This document shows positions 13,601 through 29,500 of a DNA stretch of 64,000 bases, one piece after another; position 1 is the stretch's first letter, and every line of letters begins with the position of its first letter. The position numbers were made by a program, and so were the translations under genes. The notes below the pieces were generated by a model. The model was not told the origin of the DNA, made no database searches, and was given only the letters and a program-made list of their open reading frames with translations. This DNA comes from Octopus vulgaris. Lineage: Eukaryota. The stretch covers positions 58,528,001 through 58,592,000 of the forward strand of contig OX597830.1 in NCBI GenBank assembly GCA_951406725.2. Direction: 5' to 3'.

Positions 13601-13806
13601 TGGTTCTGTCCCTCTGCATGGTACCTTGAGTAAGTTCTTCTATAGCCTCTGATAGACCAAAGCCTTGTGAGTGGATTTCATTGACAGAAACTAAACAAAA
13701 GCCCATCGTATGTATGTGTGTATGTTTGTGCTCCACCATCTCTTGACAACTGTTAAAAAAATAATCCTGGGGTTGATTCATTTGACTAAATATTCTTCAA
13801 GGTGGT

Positions 13807-13845
<39 letters not shown>

Positions 13846-16349
13846 CATCATCATGTTTAACGTCCGTTTTCCATGCTGGCATAGGTTGGATGGTTTGACT
13901 GGGGCCTGGCAAGCCAGTAGGCTGTGCCAGGCTCCAATCTGATTTGGCAATGTTTCTACAGCTGGATGCCCTTCCTAACGCCGACCACTCCAAGAGTGTA
14001 GTGGGTGCTTTTCATGTGCCACTGGCACAGGAGCCAGTCGGTAGGGGGTGTGGCTGGCATCGACCACATTTGGATGGTGCTTCTCATGTGCCACCGGCAC
14101 AGGAGCTAGTCAGGGCGAGGGCCTATATATATATATCTTTTGTGGAGGGAACATGAGGGAGTAGTAGATCCAGGAAGATGTGGGACAAAGTGGTAAGAAA
14201 GGATCTTCAGGTGTTGGGCTTCACAGAGGGGGCAACAGGGGACCAAGACTCCTGGCAGTTTGCTGTGCTTTAGAAGGCATGTCAATCTAAATAAAATCAT
14301 GGTTGCCCTTGCATCAAGGCATGACCCCTTGCATCCTTCTTCAGCTGAGCATTTCTAATCTTGTGGGCTTGAGGGTGCTGGAGCCACATAAGGAATACCT
14401 GTCATCATCATTGTTTAGCGTCCGCTTTCCATGCTAGTATGGGTTGGATGGTGCAACTGGGGTCTGTGAAGCCAGAAGGCTGCACCAGGCCCAGTCTGAT
14501 CTGGCAATGTTTCTATGGCTGGATGCCCCTCCTAACGCCAACCACTCCGTGAGTGTAGTGGGTGCTTTTTACGTGCCAGACAAGTCTGGCAAACGGCCAC
14601 GATCGGATGGTGCTTTTTACGTGCCACCGGCACAGGAGCCAGGCGAGGCTGCGGGTACTATTTTAAATTGCCCATGTCAGTGCCACATAAAAGCCCCTTG
14701 TTGTTTGTTCCTTCTCAAGCCATACCTGGCTCATAAGAGCCAGTTTCCTGGCTTCATTGGTGTATAGGTTCCCCACCTGGATGGGACACCGGTCCATTAC
14801 AGGTGAGCTGCTAGATGTAGGAGGAAAGAGTGAGAGAAAGTTCTAGCAAAAGAGTCAGCAGAAGTCCGCCATTACCTTCTGTTGGAGCTGCGTGAAGCTT
14901 AGGTGTTTCGCTCATAAACACACACATTGCCCGGTCTGAGATTTGAACCCATGATCCCTTGACCATGAGTCCACTGCTCTAACCACTAGGCCATGTGCCT
15001 CCAGTACACTTGGTAAAATGGTTGGTGTTAGGAATGGCATCCAGCCATAGAAACTATGCCAAAAGAGACAAGGAGCCTGGACAGCTTCATTCCGGCCATG
15101 CCAGCCGGCATGGAAAATGGACATTAAATGATGGTGATAATTTTCAATAATGTTTATATTTCTTTGCAAATTTGAAATACATGAATGGAATTAAATAAGA
15201 GTTAATTATAAAATTGAATTGTAGAATGTGAGAAATGAATCAAGTTTATTTTTGAAAAGCTGAATATTAACCAGTTAAAGATTGATGTGAATCATCATAA
15301 AATTTTGAAACAATACCCAGCAATCACTTCCACCCAGCCCTATATGTAATCCTTTCTACCATAGGCACAAGTACTGAAGTTTGGGGGAGGGGGCAGGTCG
15401 ATTACATCGACTCCAGTATTCAGCTGGTACTTAATTTATCAACCCTTGGTGGAATTTGAACTCAGAAGGTAGTGATGGGTGAAACAGCATTGAGTATTTC
15501 GTCCAGCGTGCTAATGATTCTGCTAGCTCACCGCATTCAAGCCCTGTATATAATGTGTAGTTGCAATGTCTCACCTCTTGCCAGACACCTGTGCTTGTTC
15601 CTCTATCATATTTTAGCCTTTCAAAACCTATTATAAAGCCCCACCCCTGTCTCAAATCCTATCCACTTGGTTGTGGGAGGTTTTTTTTCCTTGTTTTTCC
15701 TTCTCCTTTTTCTGTCTTGCAAGTTATTTGGCAACTTCACCAGTGCCAATGGCATAAGAAAGGTCCCAGTACACTCTGTAAAGTGGTTGGCATAGAAACC
15801 ATGTCAAAGGTGACATTGGAGCTCAACACAGCCCTGCAGGTTGTCAGATCCCGTCACACCATCCAACCCATGGCAGCATGGAAAACAGACGACAACGCAT
15901 GTAATTAGTGTTTCTATAAAAAGTGGTAACCATGTAACTCTCCTACACCCAGACATCTCTGTTTCTGTTCCTCTAACATACTTTAACCTCTCATCATTGA
16001 ATTTAAAGCCACCTCCATCAGCACTACCTCTGCATCACCTGAAGAGTCTTCCTTGTCTTGCAAGTTGGTGACTTCACTAGTGCCATTGCCATGTCAGAAG
16101 CACCCAGTACACTTTATAAAACGGTTGGCCTTATGAACTGGTAGAAACCAGGCCAAACAGTCATTAGAGCTTGGTGCAATCCTCTGGTTTGCCAGCTGCT
16201 GTCAAACTGTTCCACCCATGCCAGCATGGAAGGAGAACATTAAATGATAGTGGTGATGATGATGATACTGGGAAAATCTGTAACAGCTGCTAGAAAACTA
16301 CTAACCAAATTTAGAGATTAATTTTATGTTGACCTTTTTTTTTAATGTA

Positions 16350-16380
<31 letters not shown>

Positions 16381-19300
16381 GTAATTCATCATCATTTAGC
16401 GTCCGTTTTCCATGCTAGCATGGGTTGGACGGTTTAACTGGGGTCTGTGAAGCCGGAAGGCTTCATCAGGCCCAGTCAGATTTGGCAGTGTTTCTACGGC
16501 TGGATGCCCTTCCTAACGCCAACCACTCCGTGAGTGTAGTGGGTGCTTTTTACGTGCCATGGGTGCTTTTTACGTGCCACCTGCACAGGTGCCAGACTAT
16601 TACTATTATTATTATATACTACATTAAAAAAATATATAAATTTCTTGTTTAAATTACGAATTGTTTTTATTGTTGCAAACTTAAAAAAATTATTTTTATC
16701 TGTTTTGACAGAATATCCTCTGAACAATCTTGTAGCAGCTTCTGAAAGTTTTGCCCGATCTCTATGGGCAAGACAAGTACCAATTGAAATAAATGAAAAG
16801 AAAAAGAAATTGAAAGAAATATCTGCCAAAGTTTTGGAAAAAAGCAGTAAGATATTGAAAGATTTTTTAGCCTAAAATTTGTAATATCAGCCTTTTCAGT
16901 AAGGTGGCGAGCTATCAGAATTGTTAGCAGCATTTTGTCTGTCTTTACGTTTTGAGTTCAAATGCTGCCCAGGTTGATTTTGCCTTTCATTCTTTCAGGT
17001 TATTAAAATTAGTACCAAATTTCTGGCCTTGTGCCAAAATATGTATATCTATATTAATTATTCTTTTCAGTTCTCTGAGAGTCCAAATGTAAAAGACAAC
17101 TTTTGTCTGTCATTTAGTTTCATTGAAATCTTAGTAAGTCAGCTCACTGCATGTGTTCTGTGTCTCTGTGTCATTATCATATTACCTCAGTGTATTTAAT
17201 ATTTATGGATTTAGGTGTGGTTTTTACTGCAGGGTGAGGAATAACAGAATAACAGTAGAAGAGCTGGGCTTTCCTAAAGACTGTTGAAATTGTAGCCACG
17301 GGCAATCCAGTGCTGTCTGACTGGCATGTAAAAAGCACCATTCGGGCATTGGGCCTCATGGAGGCAGTGATTTCAAGCCAAGTAAGATCGTAGTTGTGGC
17401 CAATGCCAGTGTCGTGTAACTGGCCTGTTAAAAGCACCCTTCAATTGATGGGTGATATGCTGTGCTTGTGAAGACCTATCAAACCGAGTTAACTCCGAGT
17501 CGTGGTTGGTGCCAGTGCCATCTGACTGGCACCTGTGCTGGTGGCATGTAAAAAGCACCATTTGAGTGTTGGGTCTTATGGAGGCAGTGACAGGTGACCA
17601 AGACCTTTGGCGATATACTGTGCTTGTGTTGACTTGTCGAGCCAAGTGAGACTCTAGTTGTGGCTGATGTTGGTGTCGAGTCATTGGCACCTGTGCCGGT
17701 GGCACATAAAAAGCACCCACTACACTCTTGGAGTGGCTGGCATTAGGAAGGGCATTCAGCTGTAGAAACTTTGCTAGACTAGATTGAGCCTGGTGCACCA
17801 ATCTTGTTCACCAGTTCTCAGTCAAATTGTCCAACCCATGCTAGCATGGAAAGCGGACGTTAAACGATGATGATGATGATGATCCCGAAAGGATGAAAGG
17901 CAAAGTCAACCTTGGCGGAATTTGAACTCAGAATGCAGCAATGGGTGAAATACCACTCAGCACTTTGTCCAGCGTGCGAAGGATTCTGTCAGCTTGCCGC
18001 CTCTATGAATCCAAAATAATGTAGATAATCTGAATGCTAAAGGGCTAAACATCTCAACGTATCTGTTTTTAGGCCAACAATGTGCTGATATTTATCAATG
18101 ACATAAGAACCATTCCACTAAGAACCATTTTACTCTGTAATCCCCCAAATTTCACAGTTTTTGTTGTCCAAAACCATTCCAAAGTTGAGTATAAATTAAT
18201 GTATATAAAATAAAATATCTAACATGACTTAATAAAGACTCATTTAACTTCTATATTATGAAAACCCAAAATATATCTTCTCATTTATTAAATTATCCTG
18301 TTTCTCAAACCAATTTTTCTACAAATTAAATTCTTCATCCAGAGATGAAGATACCTTTAAGAGATGGACATCTTTATTCATAATTGTAGTTGTGATCCCT
18401 GTGCCGGTGGCAGGTAAAAAGCACCATCCGAATGGGGCCCTGTGTCGGTGACACGTAAAAAGCACCCACTACACTCACGGAGTGGTTGGCGTTAGGAAGG
18501 GCATCCAGCTGTAGAAACACTGCCAGATCAGACTGGAGCCTGGTGCAGCCTCCTGGCTTCCCAGACCCCAGTCAAACCGTCCAAGCCATCCCAGCATGGA
18601 AAGCGGACATTAAACAATGATGATGATGATGATGATTTAATAACTTTTATAATTAATGAAAAATGAAAGCTAATCATTGATGCATCTCACATATTTAACC
18701 GATTCTATATTTTTGGACATATCCTTCAGCTTTTTGGTTTGATAATCCATTCCTGCTAGAATTAATATTTATCAACCTTCTAATTATTACTTTTTTGCTT
18801 ATCTTTAGAGATGCAGAACTTGAATGAAGATGTTCTGGAGAAAAAGTTGCAGCAAAAAATTATTTTATTAATGAAGGAACAGACATACAACTGGCAGAGT
18901 ATTAAGTATGTAACTCTGCTTGAAAATGTTCCCAAAACATTTTCTGTTTTTCTAATTTCTGCATTCTAACACTACTCTAGTAACAAATTCTTTTTAAGAA
19001 AAAACACTTTGAAGAAACCTTGTCAATGGTTTTTCTATTAGATATTGAAACTTAATTTGTCTCTTACAGGTATGATGCATATAAAAGCTTTCTTTATATG
19101 GTCAGTCGTATGCCCGCAAATTACGCTGCAATTCTTCTGTGTCTCAATGAGGTATGTACGGATTAAGCATTTTTATGGTTTAATCAAGAACAAAGGGCAG
19201 AACTCATGACTTATATTTTTTAGGCCCTTCTGGACAGATCAATATGTTTTATGTATAGTTTGACTATTTCCAAGTTGAGAGATCTGTAGGAAAACTGCTT

Positions 19301-20073
19301 ACTAGAACGGAATTCTGAAGAATTGGCATTTTGGTGAAGAAAAATTAGGTGTAGGGGTTATATGTAACTAGTTAGTTATGGCTAGTAGATTAGCCATAAA
19401 TTTACTAGAAGATTAACAATAGATTGGGCTGAATGAAGAGACTGAATCTGTGGGCCAGACATTTGAGTATTGTTCAGTGAGTCTTTGAGAGGCAATTGGT
19501 TTTGTTTTGGATGTGGTCTGTGATGCTTGTGTGTGTGTAGCAGCAACACTGTCCCTGATGTGTGAGAATCACTCCAATGTCAGTTACAAAACTCAAGAAC
19601 AACTGACATTGAAGTGCTTCTCACATGTCAGGGACAGTTGTTGTTGCTACACACACAAATATCGGAGACCACGTGCAAGAATCAAAAGACAAAAAAAGAA
19701 AAACCATTGTTAAAGACTCGCTCAATAAACTAAAACATCAAGGGCCACAGATTTATAGGCTCCTCATTCAGCACCCATTGGGGCTCAAGGCAGCCTTGCA
19801 GCTTACCAGATGCTATCAGGCTGTTCAGCCCATGCTAGCATGGAAAATGAATGTTAGGTGATGGAGTCAGTGGCTTTTTTTTTTTTTAACGACAGTAGTT
19901 AAAATCAATTTGGAAAAATTTCAACATAGAACAATTAGCTGCTGATAATTGGGATGAAAGAAATAATGTCTAATTTAATTCTTTACAACATCTGTAAATT
20001 TAGGTATATGGAGATTAAAATATTGTTTGAAATCTTTGCTAAAGAAGTGATTTAGAAGTGATTTACCCGGTGG

Positions 20074-20123
<50 letters not shown>

Positions 20124-20515
20124 GCAGCGTTTAAAAGATGCTGGTTATGTGGTTAAGTGGAACAGAAAGGAAACAGACTATTTGTCTGTGATGTTTTTCT
20201 CAGCTACCTAAGGCCATGCCCAAGCGTGGCTGCAGTCCAATGGTGGAAACGTATAGAAGATAATAATGTGTACTCTTGTGAAAATTAGTGCAGCATAGTT
20301 GGACCGAACTGTATTTTTTATTCAGATGATGAATAAAAGGAAACTGCTGTAGCTTAGATGCATTATTTCAGACAATGTCTCTGGCCAAGCTGGTGCAACA
20401 AAGAAATATTATTTTTAAGCTTTTTGACAGAAAGGAGAACAGAGTTGGACTCCAGATTTTTTACTTTTTTTTTTGCCTATTATTTGGGAAAAATTTCAAT
20501 GACTGTGATTTGCTT

Positions 20516-20547
<32 letters not shown>

Positions 20548-23500
20548 GATAATAATAATGTCTGCCATTTGTTACTTTAAACTTTAAAGCAGTTGTTGTC
20601 TGATTTTATTTATGTCCCACAGATTGTAAAGCGAGTTCCAGATTATATACCAAGAAATGTTTTTGATTTCGGCTCTGGCACCGGTTCCACAATTTGGTAA
20701 ATTAATAAACTGCTTTATGAATTTTATTTGATTTCATTTTAATTATTATAAATTTATCTTTCACTTTGGTCTGACTCATTAACTTTTCTTCCTAAGTTAA
20801 ACTTTGAACTTGTTATTTGGAAATAATTATTTTGTCAACATTGTTGTCTTTTGTTTATTTTTCAATTATGATTGTTTTTTTTTTTAACAAATATTGTCCT
20901 ATAATAGAATTAGGTGATTTTTATAAAGTCAAATATTTATAATATATATAGATTGTTAAAAGTGATATTTTACACCAGTCACTCATGTTGATTGTAATTA
21001 GTATCTGTTTGCAATTAATTTAACAAGGCTAGCAGAATAATAACATAGCTCTCTCTTAATGTCATTATCATCATCATTATTGTTCTAATGACTACTTTTC
21101 GTGCATGGTTTGGACGAAATTCATTGAGGCAGATTTTCTATAGCTGGATGCTTTTTCTGTCACCAACCCTCACCTGTTTCTGAGTGAGGTAATATTTCCT
21201 CATGGCCAGACATGTTTTTCACAAAAGATTGGAAATAAAAGATGCTGCTTGCATCTTGGTGCAATGTCAAGACAATATTTATTGGTCAGTTATCTTTTGA
21301 CCATTAGTGCTGGTACCACAAACAAAGTACCCAGAACACTTTGTAAAGTGGTTGTCATTAGGAAAGGCATTCAGCCATAGAAACCTTGTTAAAGCAGGCA
21401 TCAAAGCACAGTGCAGTCCTCAGATCCTTCAGGTCCTGTAAATTGTCCAACCAATGCCAGAATGAAAGATGACCATTAAAAGTTGATGATGAGGATGTCT
21501 TCCTGAATTTCATCATTAAGAGCAGGGATTGTAACTTACTTATATTATTTTGTTATGTTTCTCTGAAGTCCAACATAGCTTGCAAATTATGCTTGCATTC
21601 TTTTCTCACCATATCTAGATAAACAGCATTATGGCTTGTTGTTTGTTATTCATTGTAAAACACCTTGCGGGTAAAAATCTTGCTTCCCAACCATGTGGTT
21701 CCGGGTTCAGTCCCACTGTGTGGTACCTTGGGCAAATGTCTTCTACTATAGCCTTCGGCCTGCCAAAGCCTTGTGAGTGGATTTGGTAGATGGAAACTGA
21801 AAAGAAGCTTATCGTGTGTGTGTTTGGTGTCTGTCCCCTACCACTGCTTGACAACCGGTTCAGCAAAAGAGACTGATAAAATAAGTATTGGGGTCAATTT
21901 ATTTGACTAGAAAATTTTTAAAGGTGGTGCCTCAGCATGGCCGCTGTCTAATGATTGAAACAAGTAAAAGATAAAAGATATTCATTTGTTACCAAGCATT
22001 TAGATAAAAGGTGGAGGAGTGGTGGAGATAAAAGCAAAAGATAAAATGCATTCCTATCACGATTTTGTTTTCTTTAAATATTATGTATATATCTCTATAT
22101 TTTATTATTAAAGGGCCTGCAATAAGATATGGAATAAAAATATTTTTGAATATTTTGCCCATGATGTTTCTGCTGATATGAATATCCTATGTCGATTGTT
22201 ACTACAAGGTAAGCAATCAGAAAATGATAGTTTTACATAACTCTATTTCAGAGTCATACCTGTTTAATATGACTTGATTTGCAATTATGTTGAAGGTGAA
22301 ACAACTGCCTCATTGAAAAGCAAATGTTAGCCGTATGTAAGTGAACAGATTGTGTAAATGGATGACAACATTGACAATTTATAATATGTAGAAAGATGAA
22401 ATACTGAATAAATTGGTTCTGCTGTTTTATTTGAATAGTAAACAGAAATGGCTCAGTAGGCGCAAACGTGGTTGTGTGGTTAAGAAGCTTGCTTTCCAAC
22501 CATGTGGGTTTGGGTTCAGTCCCATTGTATGGCACTTTGGGCAAGTGTTTTTTACTATGCACCCTGGACTGACCAAGGCCTTGTGAATGAATTTAGCCAA
22601 TAGAAACTGAAAGCAGTTCACCATATATACATACATCATATATACGTAATTACATACATAGACTTCTACCTGGCCAGCTCCTGTCAACCGTCTTACATGG
22701 GTGTGCATGGAAAAGACAGATGTTAAACGATGATGATAATAGTGATGATGATATATATATGTCAGTATGGAAAGTGGATGTTAAATATTGATGGTGACTG
22801 ATGAGGTATAGTTTCTAAAGTAGTCTTTAGATGGAGTCTTTGTTTGTTTGTGTATTGTAAATGATGCCATTTATCCCCGCAACACTTCACATCCCTATTA
22901 CTGTCTCTTATCTCCTCCTCCTGTTTCCTAACTTCCCCTCAAACTGATATTCACCATTGACTATACCTCCTTGCTTCTTAAATATTATAATCAGTCCTAT
23001 TCAAACCAAGAATATAATTGATGGTTGCTGATTAGAGCTGACTGAAGAAGTCACTGCTTAACACAGCTCTCATCAATACTTCAGTATGTTATAAAGGATT
23101 TGAATATTTAGATTTGAAATTAGAATGTTTCTCAGGTAGTTGTGTTGCAGTTATTTGAGTTACTATGGTATCATGTTCCTGCAAGCAGGATCAGTTACCG
23201 GGAGTTCAGTCTCCCTGTGACATCTCTAGGGATATCATCATTATCACATAAATTCTGCTTTCCATGCTGGCATGGGTTGGATGGTTTGACCGGAGCTGGC
23301 CAACCAAAGAGCTGCACCAGACTACAATTGTCTGTTTTGGCATGGTTTCTGCACCTGGATGTCCTTCTTAATACCAAGTACTTTACAGAATGTACTGGGT
23401 GCTTTTCATGTGGCACCAGGGTCGGTATCAGTTCTGCTGTGGTGGACAGGTCTTCTTGAGTACAACAAGGCACCAAATATAAGTATTGTAAACAGCCATA

Positions 23501-26500
23501 AATACTTCAAAATATTTTCTGATATTTTATTTATGAGAATGTTTGCAATAATTTCCATTTAATTTAACAGTGATATTTTGTGATTAATCTGAAAACAAGC
23601 AATCTTTAGAAAATTATTAAAATATAAAACTAAGGTTGTGCCTGTTCAAAGGAAATAATTATTCAATTTAACTTAGAATTTTGTTTTGTTTTTTAGATGG
23701 TGAAGAACAAAAAGAAATGCATGTATCAGGAGTGTATTTAAGACAGTTTATGCCTTCTCAGAGAGAGGTATGTGGTTTTAGATTCTTATACGATGGCTTT
23801 GTTTGTTTGTTTGTTGCTCTCTCACATTGGATTTAATTCAGTGTCATTTTACACAGCACCACTCTGCTGAGGGGTTGGTGTTGAGAAGGGCATTCAGCTG
23901 TGAAAATCCTGCCAAAATAGTTTCAGAAGTCTGCTGTAGACTTCTGCCTGGCTGGCGCCTGTCAAGCTGTCCCACCCATGCTAGCATAGAGTGCAGGCAT
24001 TAAGCCTGATGAATATTGTCCAAAAACACCTGAATGACTCATGCCTTGTTGGTTTGAAGTGTAGATTTCAAAGAGTACCATCACCTGAAAGTCGAACCAA
24101 GACATGTGACAAAGGACGAAGATAGGTGCTGCAATACTGTACTCTAGAAGACCTGTCCACCACAACAGAATTGATATTCTAAACACCAAGGTATCACGTA
24201 AAAAGCACTGGTGCTGGTGCCACGTAAAAAGCTGGTGATGGTGCCACATAAGAAGCACTGGTGATGGTGTCACACAAAAAGTGCCAGTGCTGGTGCCATC
24301 TAAAAAGCACTGTTGCTGGTGCCACACAAAAAGCACTTGTAAGGATACCATGTATAAAGCACCAATCACCTAGACTATGGAAACTGGTGTGGCTCCTGGC
24401 CTTGTCAGTTCCTGTCAAATCATCTGCCCCATACTAGCATGGCAAATACACATTAGATGATGATGATGATGATGATGATTTTAGTCTATATTTATTCCTA
24501 ATTCATGATCAAAGAGGACACAATTCTTTTGCTTCATGTTTTCACCTCTCAGTTTGTGTTTGTATGGCATTTCGCTTGCCCTATCCTTACAAACTTAGGG
24601 CTTTGTCTCCCCACATTTGAATTAATTCTTTATCTCAAGAAATGCTAAACTATCTCCATTAGTTATGCTATTGTTGTTATATTAACAGTTTTATGATTGA
24701 CAATTGTTCTATAAGGGTCTATACTCTGAAACTGGCACTTGAAACCAATGAAATACTTTTATCATTTGGCGTTAGGAAGGGCATCCAGCTGTAGAAACTT
24801 TGCCAGATCAGATTGGAGCCTGGTGCAGCCTCCTGGCTTGCCAGACCCCAGTTCTACCATCCAACCCATGCCAGCATGGAAAGTGGGCATTAAATGATGA
24901 CATTGATGAAGATGATTTGCAGCTGTCTGAGGATACCTGTTTACACCTTTAAAGGCTAGGTTACTGAATTAAACTTAATATTACCATTATATTAGGGTGG
25001 TGAGCTGGCAGAAACATTAGCACACCAGGAGAAATGCTTAGCAGTAATTTGCCTGTCTTTACATTTTGAGTTCAAATTCTGCCATGGTTGACTTTGCCTT
25101 TCATCCTTTCGGGGTTAATAAATTAAGTACCGGTTGTGTACTGGGGTCAATCTAATCAACTGGGCCCCTCGCCCAAAATTTCAAGTCTTGTGCCTAGAGT
25201 AGAAAAGAATATTACCATTATATTAGTTAAGAAATCGTTTTCAATTTTATTTTCTATTTTGTATGACAGCATCTTTGTTAAATAGTTTGTGTCCTGAAGA
25301 TCAAGGGTCAAGATCATCGAGCTCTGTCAAGAGAGTAGCTGCAACAGATCCATAGGAGTGATGCATATGGAAGATTTGTTATGACTCAAGCTTTCAATTG
25401 AAATATAAACAAGAGAATTGGGTGGTGAAAGAGAGCATGACCAGTTGATGGTCCCCTGATGCTTTTTTTGTTATAGATGAGCACAAAGCAGTTATGGTGG
25501 CAGAGTACAAGATAATACAGTTCTATATTTAAGAGATGAGGAATTGTCCTCATTTTGTTTGTTGTTAACACCCTCAACCCTTCATCAACCTGGGTTCTCA
25601 TTGCTAAGGTATTTTGCGATATTATTATTATTCTTCAGGTCACTGCCTGGAATCGAACTTGGAATCTTGGGTTTAATAACCACTATGCCATATGCCTGTG
25701 GCTAATTATGGAGTGAATTTTAGGGCTTATAAATCTAATATTTTCCTATCCTTCCTTAATACCAGTTCCCATATGCTATTCATATCTGCACTTGTGGTTA
25801 GATGTCTGATACAACAAGGACTCAGTTACCCACACTCCTATTATAGAAATTATAGCTTTCATTTAAATCCTTTCGATAGAAGGTGTCAGACGGAACTAGT
25901 TTTGCAATGGTGCTTAGCAACAACAACAAAACTACTCTGCATGTTAGCTTCCTTTCATATATTTCTTTCTTTGTGGATTCATAAGTATTTTTTTTATTTA
26001 CAGAAATTGTACAATTTAGTCGTCTGCTCCTACTCCTTATTTGAGCTGGAATCAAGGCAAGCTCGACTGAAAGTAATCCACAATCTTTGGGATTTAACGG
26101 AAGATTTCTTGGTTTGTATTAAAATATCTCTAAAAATATTTGTTCTTCTATTTAATCATCTTTCATTCTAGAAGTTTCTATTTTATTTTAATATAATCTT
26201 CCTTTTTTTTATACACTTACACCTCAGATACAAACATCAGTAATAAACATATTTATATGAGAGTGGCTGATGCCAGTGCCACCTAACTGGCACCTGTGCT
26301 GGTGGCACATAGAAAGTACCATTTGTGTGTGGCCGAAGCCAGTGCTGCCTCACTGGCACCTGTGCCATGGCGCATAAAAACCACCTACTATACTCTAGGA
26401 GTTGTTGGCATTAGGGAGGGCATCCAGCCATAGAAACCAGATTGGAGCCTGGTGCAACTTCTTGGCTTGCCAGTTCTCAGTCAAGCCGTCCAACCCATGC

Positions 26501-29500
26501 CAGCATGGAAAATGGATGTTAAATGATGATGTCACATTCCAGGGAGAAAAACTACAAGTAGTTGATAGCTTCTGTTAGCTAGGAGAGCAAATCAGTAGCG
26601 GGAGTGGATGCTCTGAAAGTGTAGCTGCTAGAATAAGAATAGCCTGGGCAAAGTTCAGAGAGTTCCTACTTCTGCAGGAGACAAAGGGCCTCTTGGTCAG
26701 AGTAAAAGGTAGACTGTATGACGCACGTGTACGAACAACCATGCTACATGGCTGTGAAACATGGAATGAATCCAGTATGTTCTGATGGATGTGTAATGTC
26801 AGTGTGCATACATGACCGTAAGCGCCCTGAGAGAAAATTTGGATTTAAGAAACATCACATGTGGTGCGCATGAGAGATTGCACTGGTATGGTCAAGTGTT
26901 GCAAATGAATGAGGACAGCTGTGTGAGAATGTGTCACACTCTAGCATTTGAGGGAACCTGTAGAAGAGGTAGACCCAGGAAAACCTGGGATGAGGTGGTG
27001 AAGCACAACCTTCGAACATTGAGCCTTACCAAGGCAATGATTAGTGACCGAAACCTAAGGAGATAAGTTGTGCTTGAGAAGACCCGACAAGCCAAGTGAG
27101 ACCATAACCATTGGACTATGCCAGTGGGTGTAACCAGCCCACTTACGAATACCTCTCATTCATTGGACAATAAACTTTGCTTGTGAAGACCTACTGACGC
27201 AAGTGAAATCAAAATCAAAATTGCTGATGTGGCCGATGACAGTGCCGCCTGATTGGCACTCGTGCCAGTGGAACGTTAAAAGCACATCCGAGCATGATCG
27301 TTGCTAGGGCCACGGATTGGCTCCCATGCCAGTAGCACATAAAAAGCACCATTTGAGTGTGATCGTTGCCAGCATCGCCTTACTGGCACGTGAAAAACAG
27401 CATTCAAGTGTGGTCGTTGCCAGTGCCGCCGGACTGGCTCCCATGCAGGTGGCACATAAAAATCACCCTTTGAGCATGATCGTTGCCAGAACTGCTGACT
27501 GGTCCTCATGCCGGTGGCACGTAAAAGCACCCATTACACTCTCAGAGTGGTTGGTGTTAAGAAGAGCATCCAGCTGTAGAAACTTTGCCAGTTCAGACTG
27601 AGCCTGGTGCAGCCTCTGGCTCACCAGTCCTCAGTCAAACTGTCCAATCCATGCCAGCATGGAAAGTGGACATTAAACGACGATAATGATAATATATATG
27701 TATATGCGTGTGTGTGTATGTTTGTGTATCTGTGTTTGTCTCCCCAACATTACTTGACAACTGATGCTGGTGTGTTTACGTCCCTGTAACTTAGCGGTTT
27801 GGCAAAAGAGACCGCTATAATAAGTACGAGGCTTACAAAGAATAAGTCCTGGGGTCAATTTGTTCAACTAAAGGCAGTGCTCCAGCATGGCCACAAATGA
27901 CTGAAACAAATAAAATACAAGAAATACTTTTTTATGTACCACTCTGAAATCAATAGTATTGATCAGTCATTGATAAATGTTTCTGATTTCAAAAGTCCAA
28001 ACAATTCTCTCTGTTTATTTTGTTAGTGAATTGTCTAAAACTAGTTACTATCATCCAAGTGGATCTGCTGAGAGCATTTTCCTTTTAAAATAGAATTTGT
28101 TTCAATGTATTATTGTATATTTCAGATAGTTATTGAAAATGGAACAAATTCCGGTTTTCAGTTGATATCTGAAGTAAGAGACACCATCTTAAAGGTAAGC
28201 TTTTTTTTAACAATCATCTTTAACTCTTTCATTACTGTATTTCTGTTGAGATGCTCTCTGTTCCTTTCAATTAATTTAAAATATAACAAAGAATTTAGTA
28301 AAATGACTTAGTTATCATTAAGCTAGTGTTAGGAACATAAATTGTGACTAAGGTTTGGCGGAAGATTTTAATTCAAAACTTATGGAAACAACACATTTGT
28401 ACTACAGAGCCAGAGGCAGTTTCAGCCAGGTTGGTATCAAAAGGATTAAAAATTGTGTCTCTATTATATATTTTAAACCTTTTGTTATCATATTTCTGTT
28501 GAGATGCTCTTTGTTTCTTTCAATTAATTTTAAATGTAACAAAGAATTTAGTCAAAATAACTCAGTTATCATTCAGCTGGTGTTAGGAATATAAATTGTG
28601 ACTAAGGTTTGGTGGAAGATTTTAATTCAAAACTTATGAAAATAAGACATTTGTACTACAGAGCCAGGGACGGTTTCAGCAGGGTTGGTAACAAAAAGGT
28701 TAAATGTATTTATTTTGATTAGAAATTTTCGAGTGTGGTTTTTTATTTTTTCTTTAGCTTTTTTTAGAGTTGCTTCTTTGTATGCAGTATAAAAAGAAGA
28801 AATGAGAAATTAAGAGCCAACTATGGTTATATGAATCATAATTCAAGAGATGTAGATATTGTATTATGCTGTAGTGATGGAATCATTAAAAGACATAGTT
28901 GGGCATTTTAAGACACAAGGTTAGCACTAATTTGCTAACGAAGCCTTAAACTTGCCTTATTCAACCCAGTTGAAACAGTTGAGTCAGTGTTTCTTTTTCA
29001 AAGCTGCTCTGTTCCTGGTATCATGGAAAAATATTGTAATAATTGGTTTCTGATTTTGGCACAATGCCATCAATTTTAGGGGAAGCAGCAAGTCGATTAC
29101 TTTGATCCAGTACTAAACTGCTACTTTATTGACCCTGAGTGCCAGCCCGGTCAAACCGTCCAACGCATGCCAGCATGGACAACAAATGGTTCTCCTTCAT
29201 TAACTTTTAATGTACATTTATCAAAAATTTAAAATTAAGACATGACTATGTGGCATTGATAAGCTGCAATGACAGTGAAATACGTATGTGTTATTCTTGG
29301 AGCAATTTTGTTTTGCCTAGTTCTGAAGTATGTTGTGTTTTTTAATGCAATACGTCTATAAAGGGATTTTTCCTAGAAGAAAGCCGCAGCCTCTGACTTT
29401 TCAACTACACATTTACATGATGTATTTTATATTGATTGTTTTTACTGTAGAACTGCTTCTGTTGCATAATTCAAGATGTATATATATATGTTTTTTTCTC

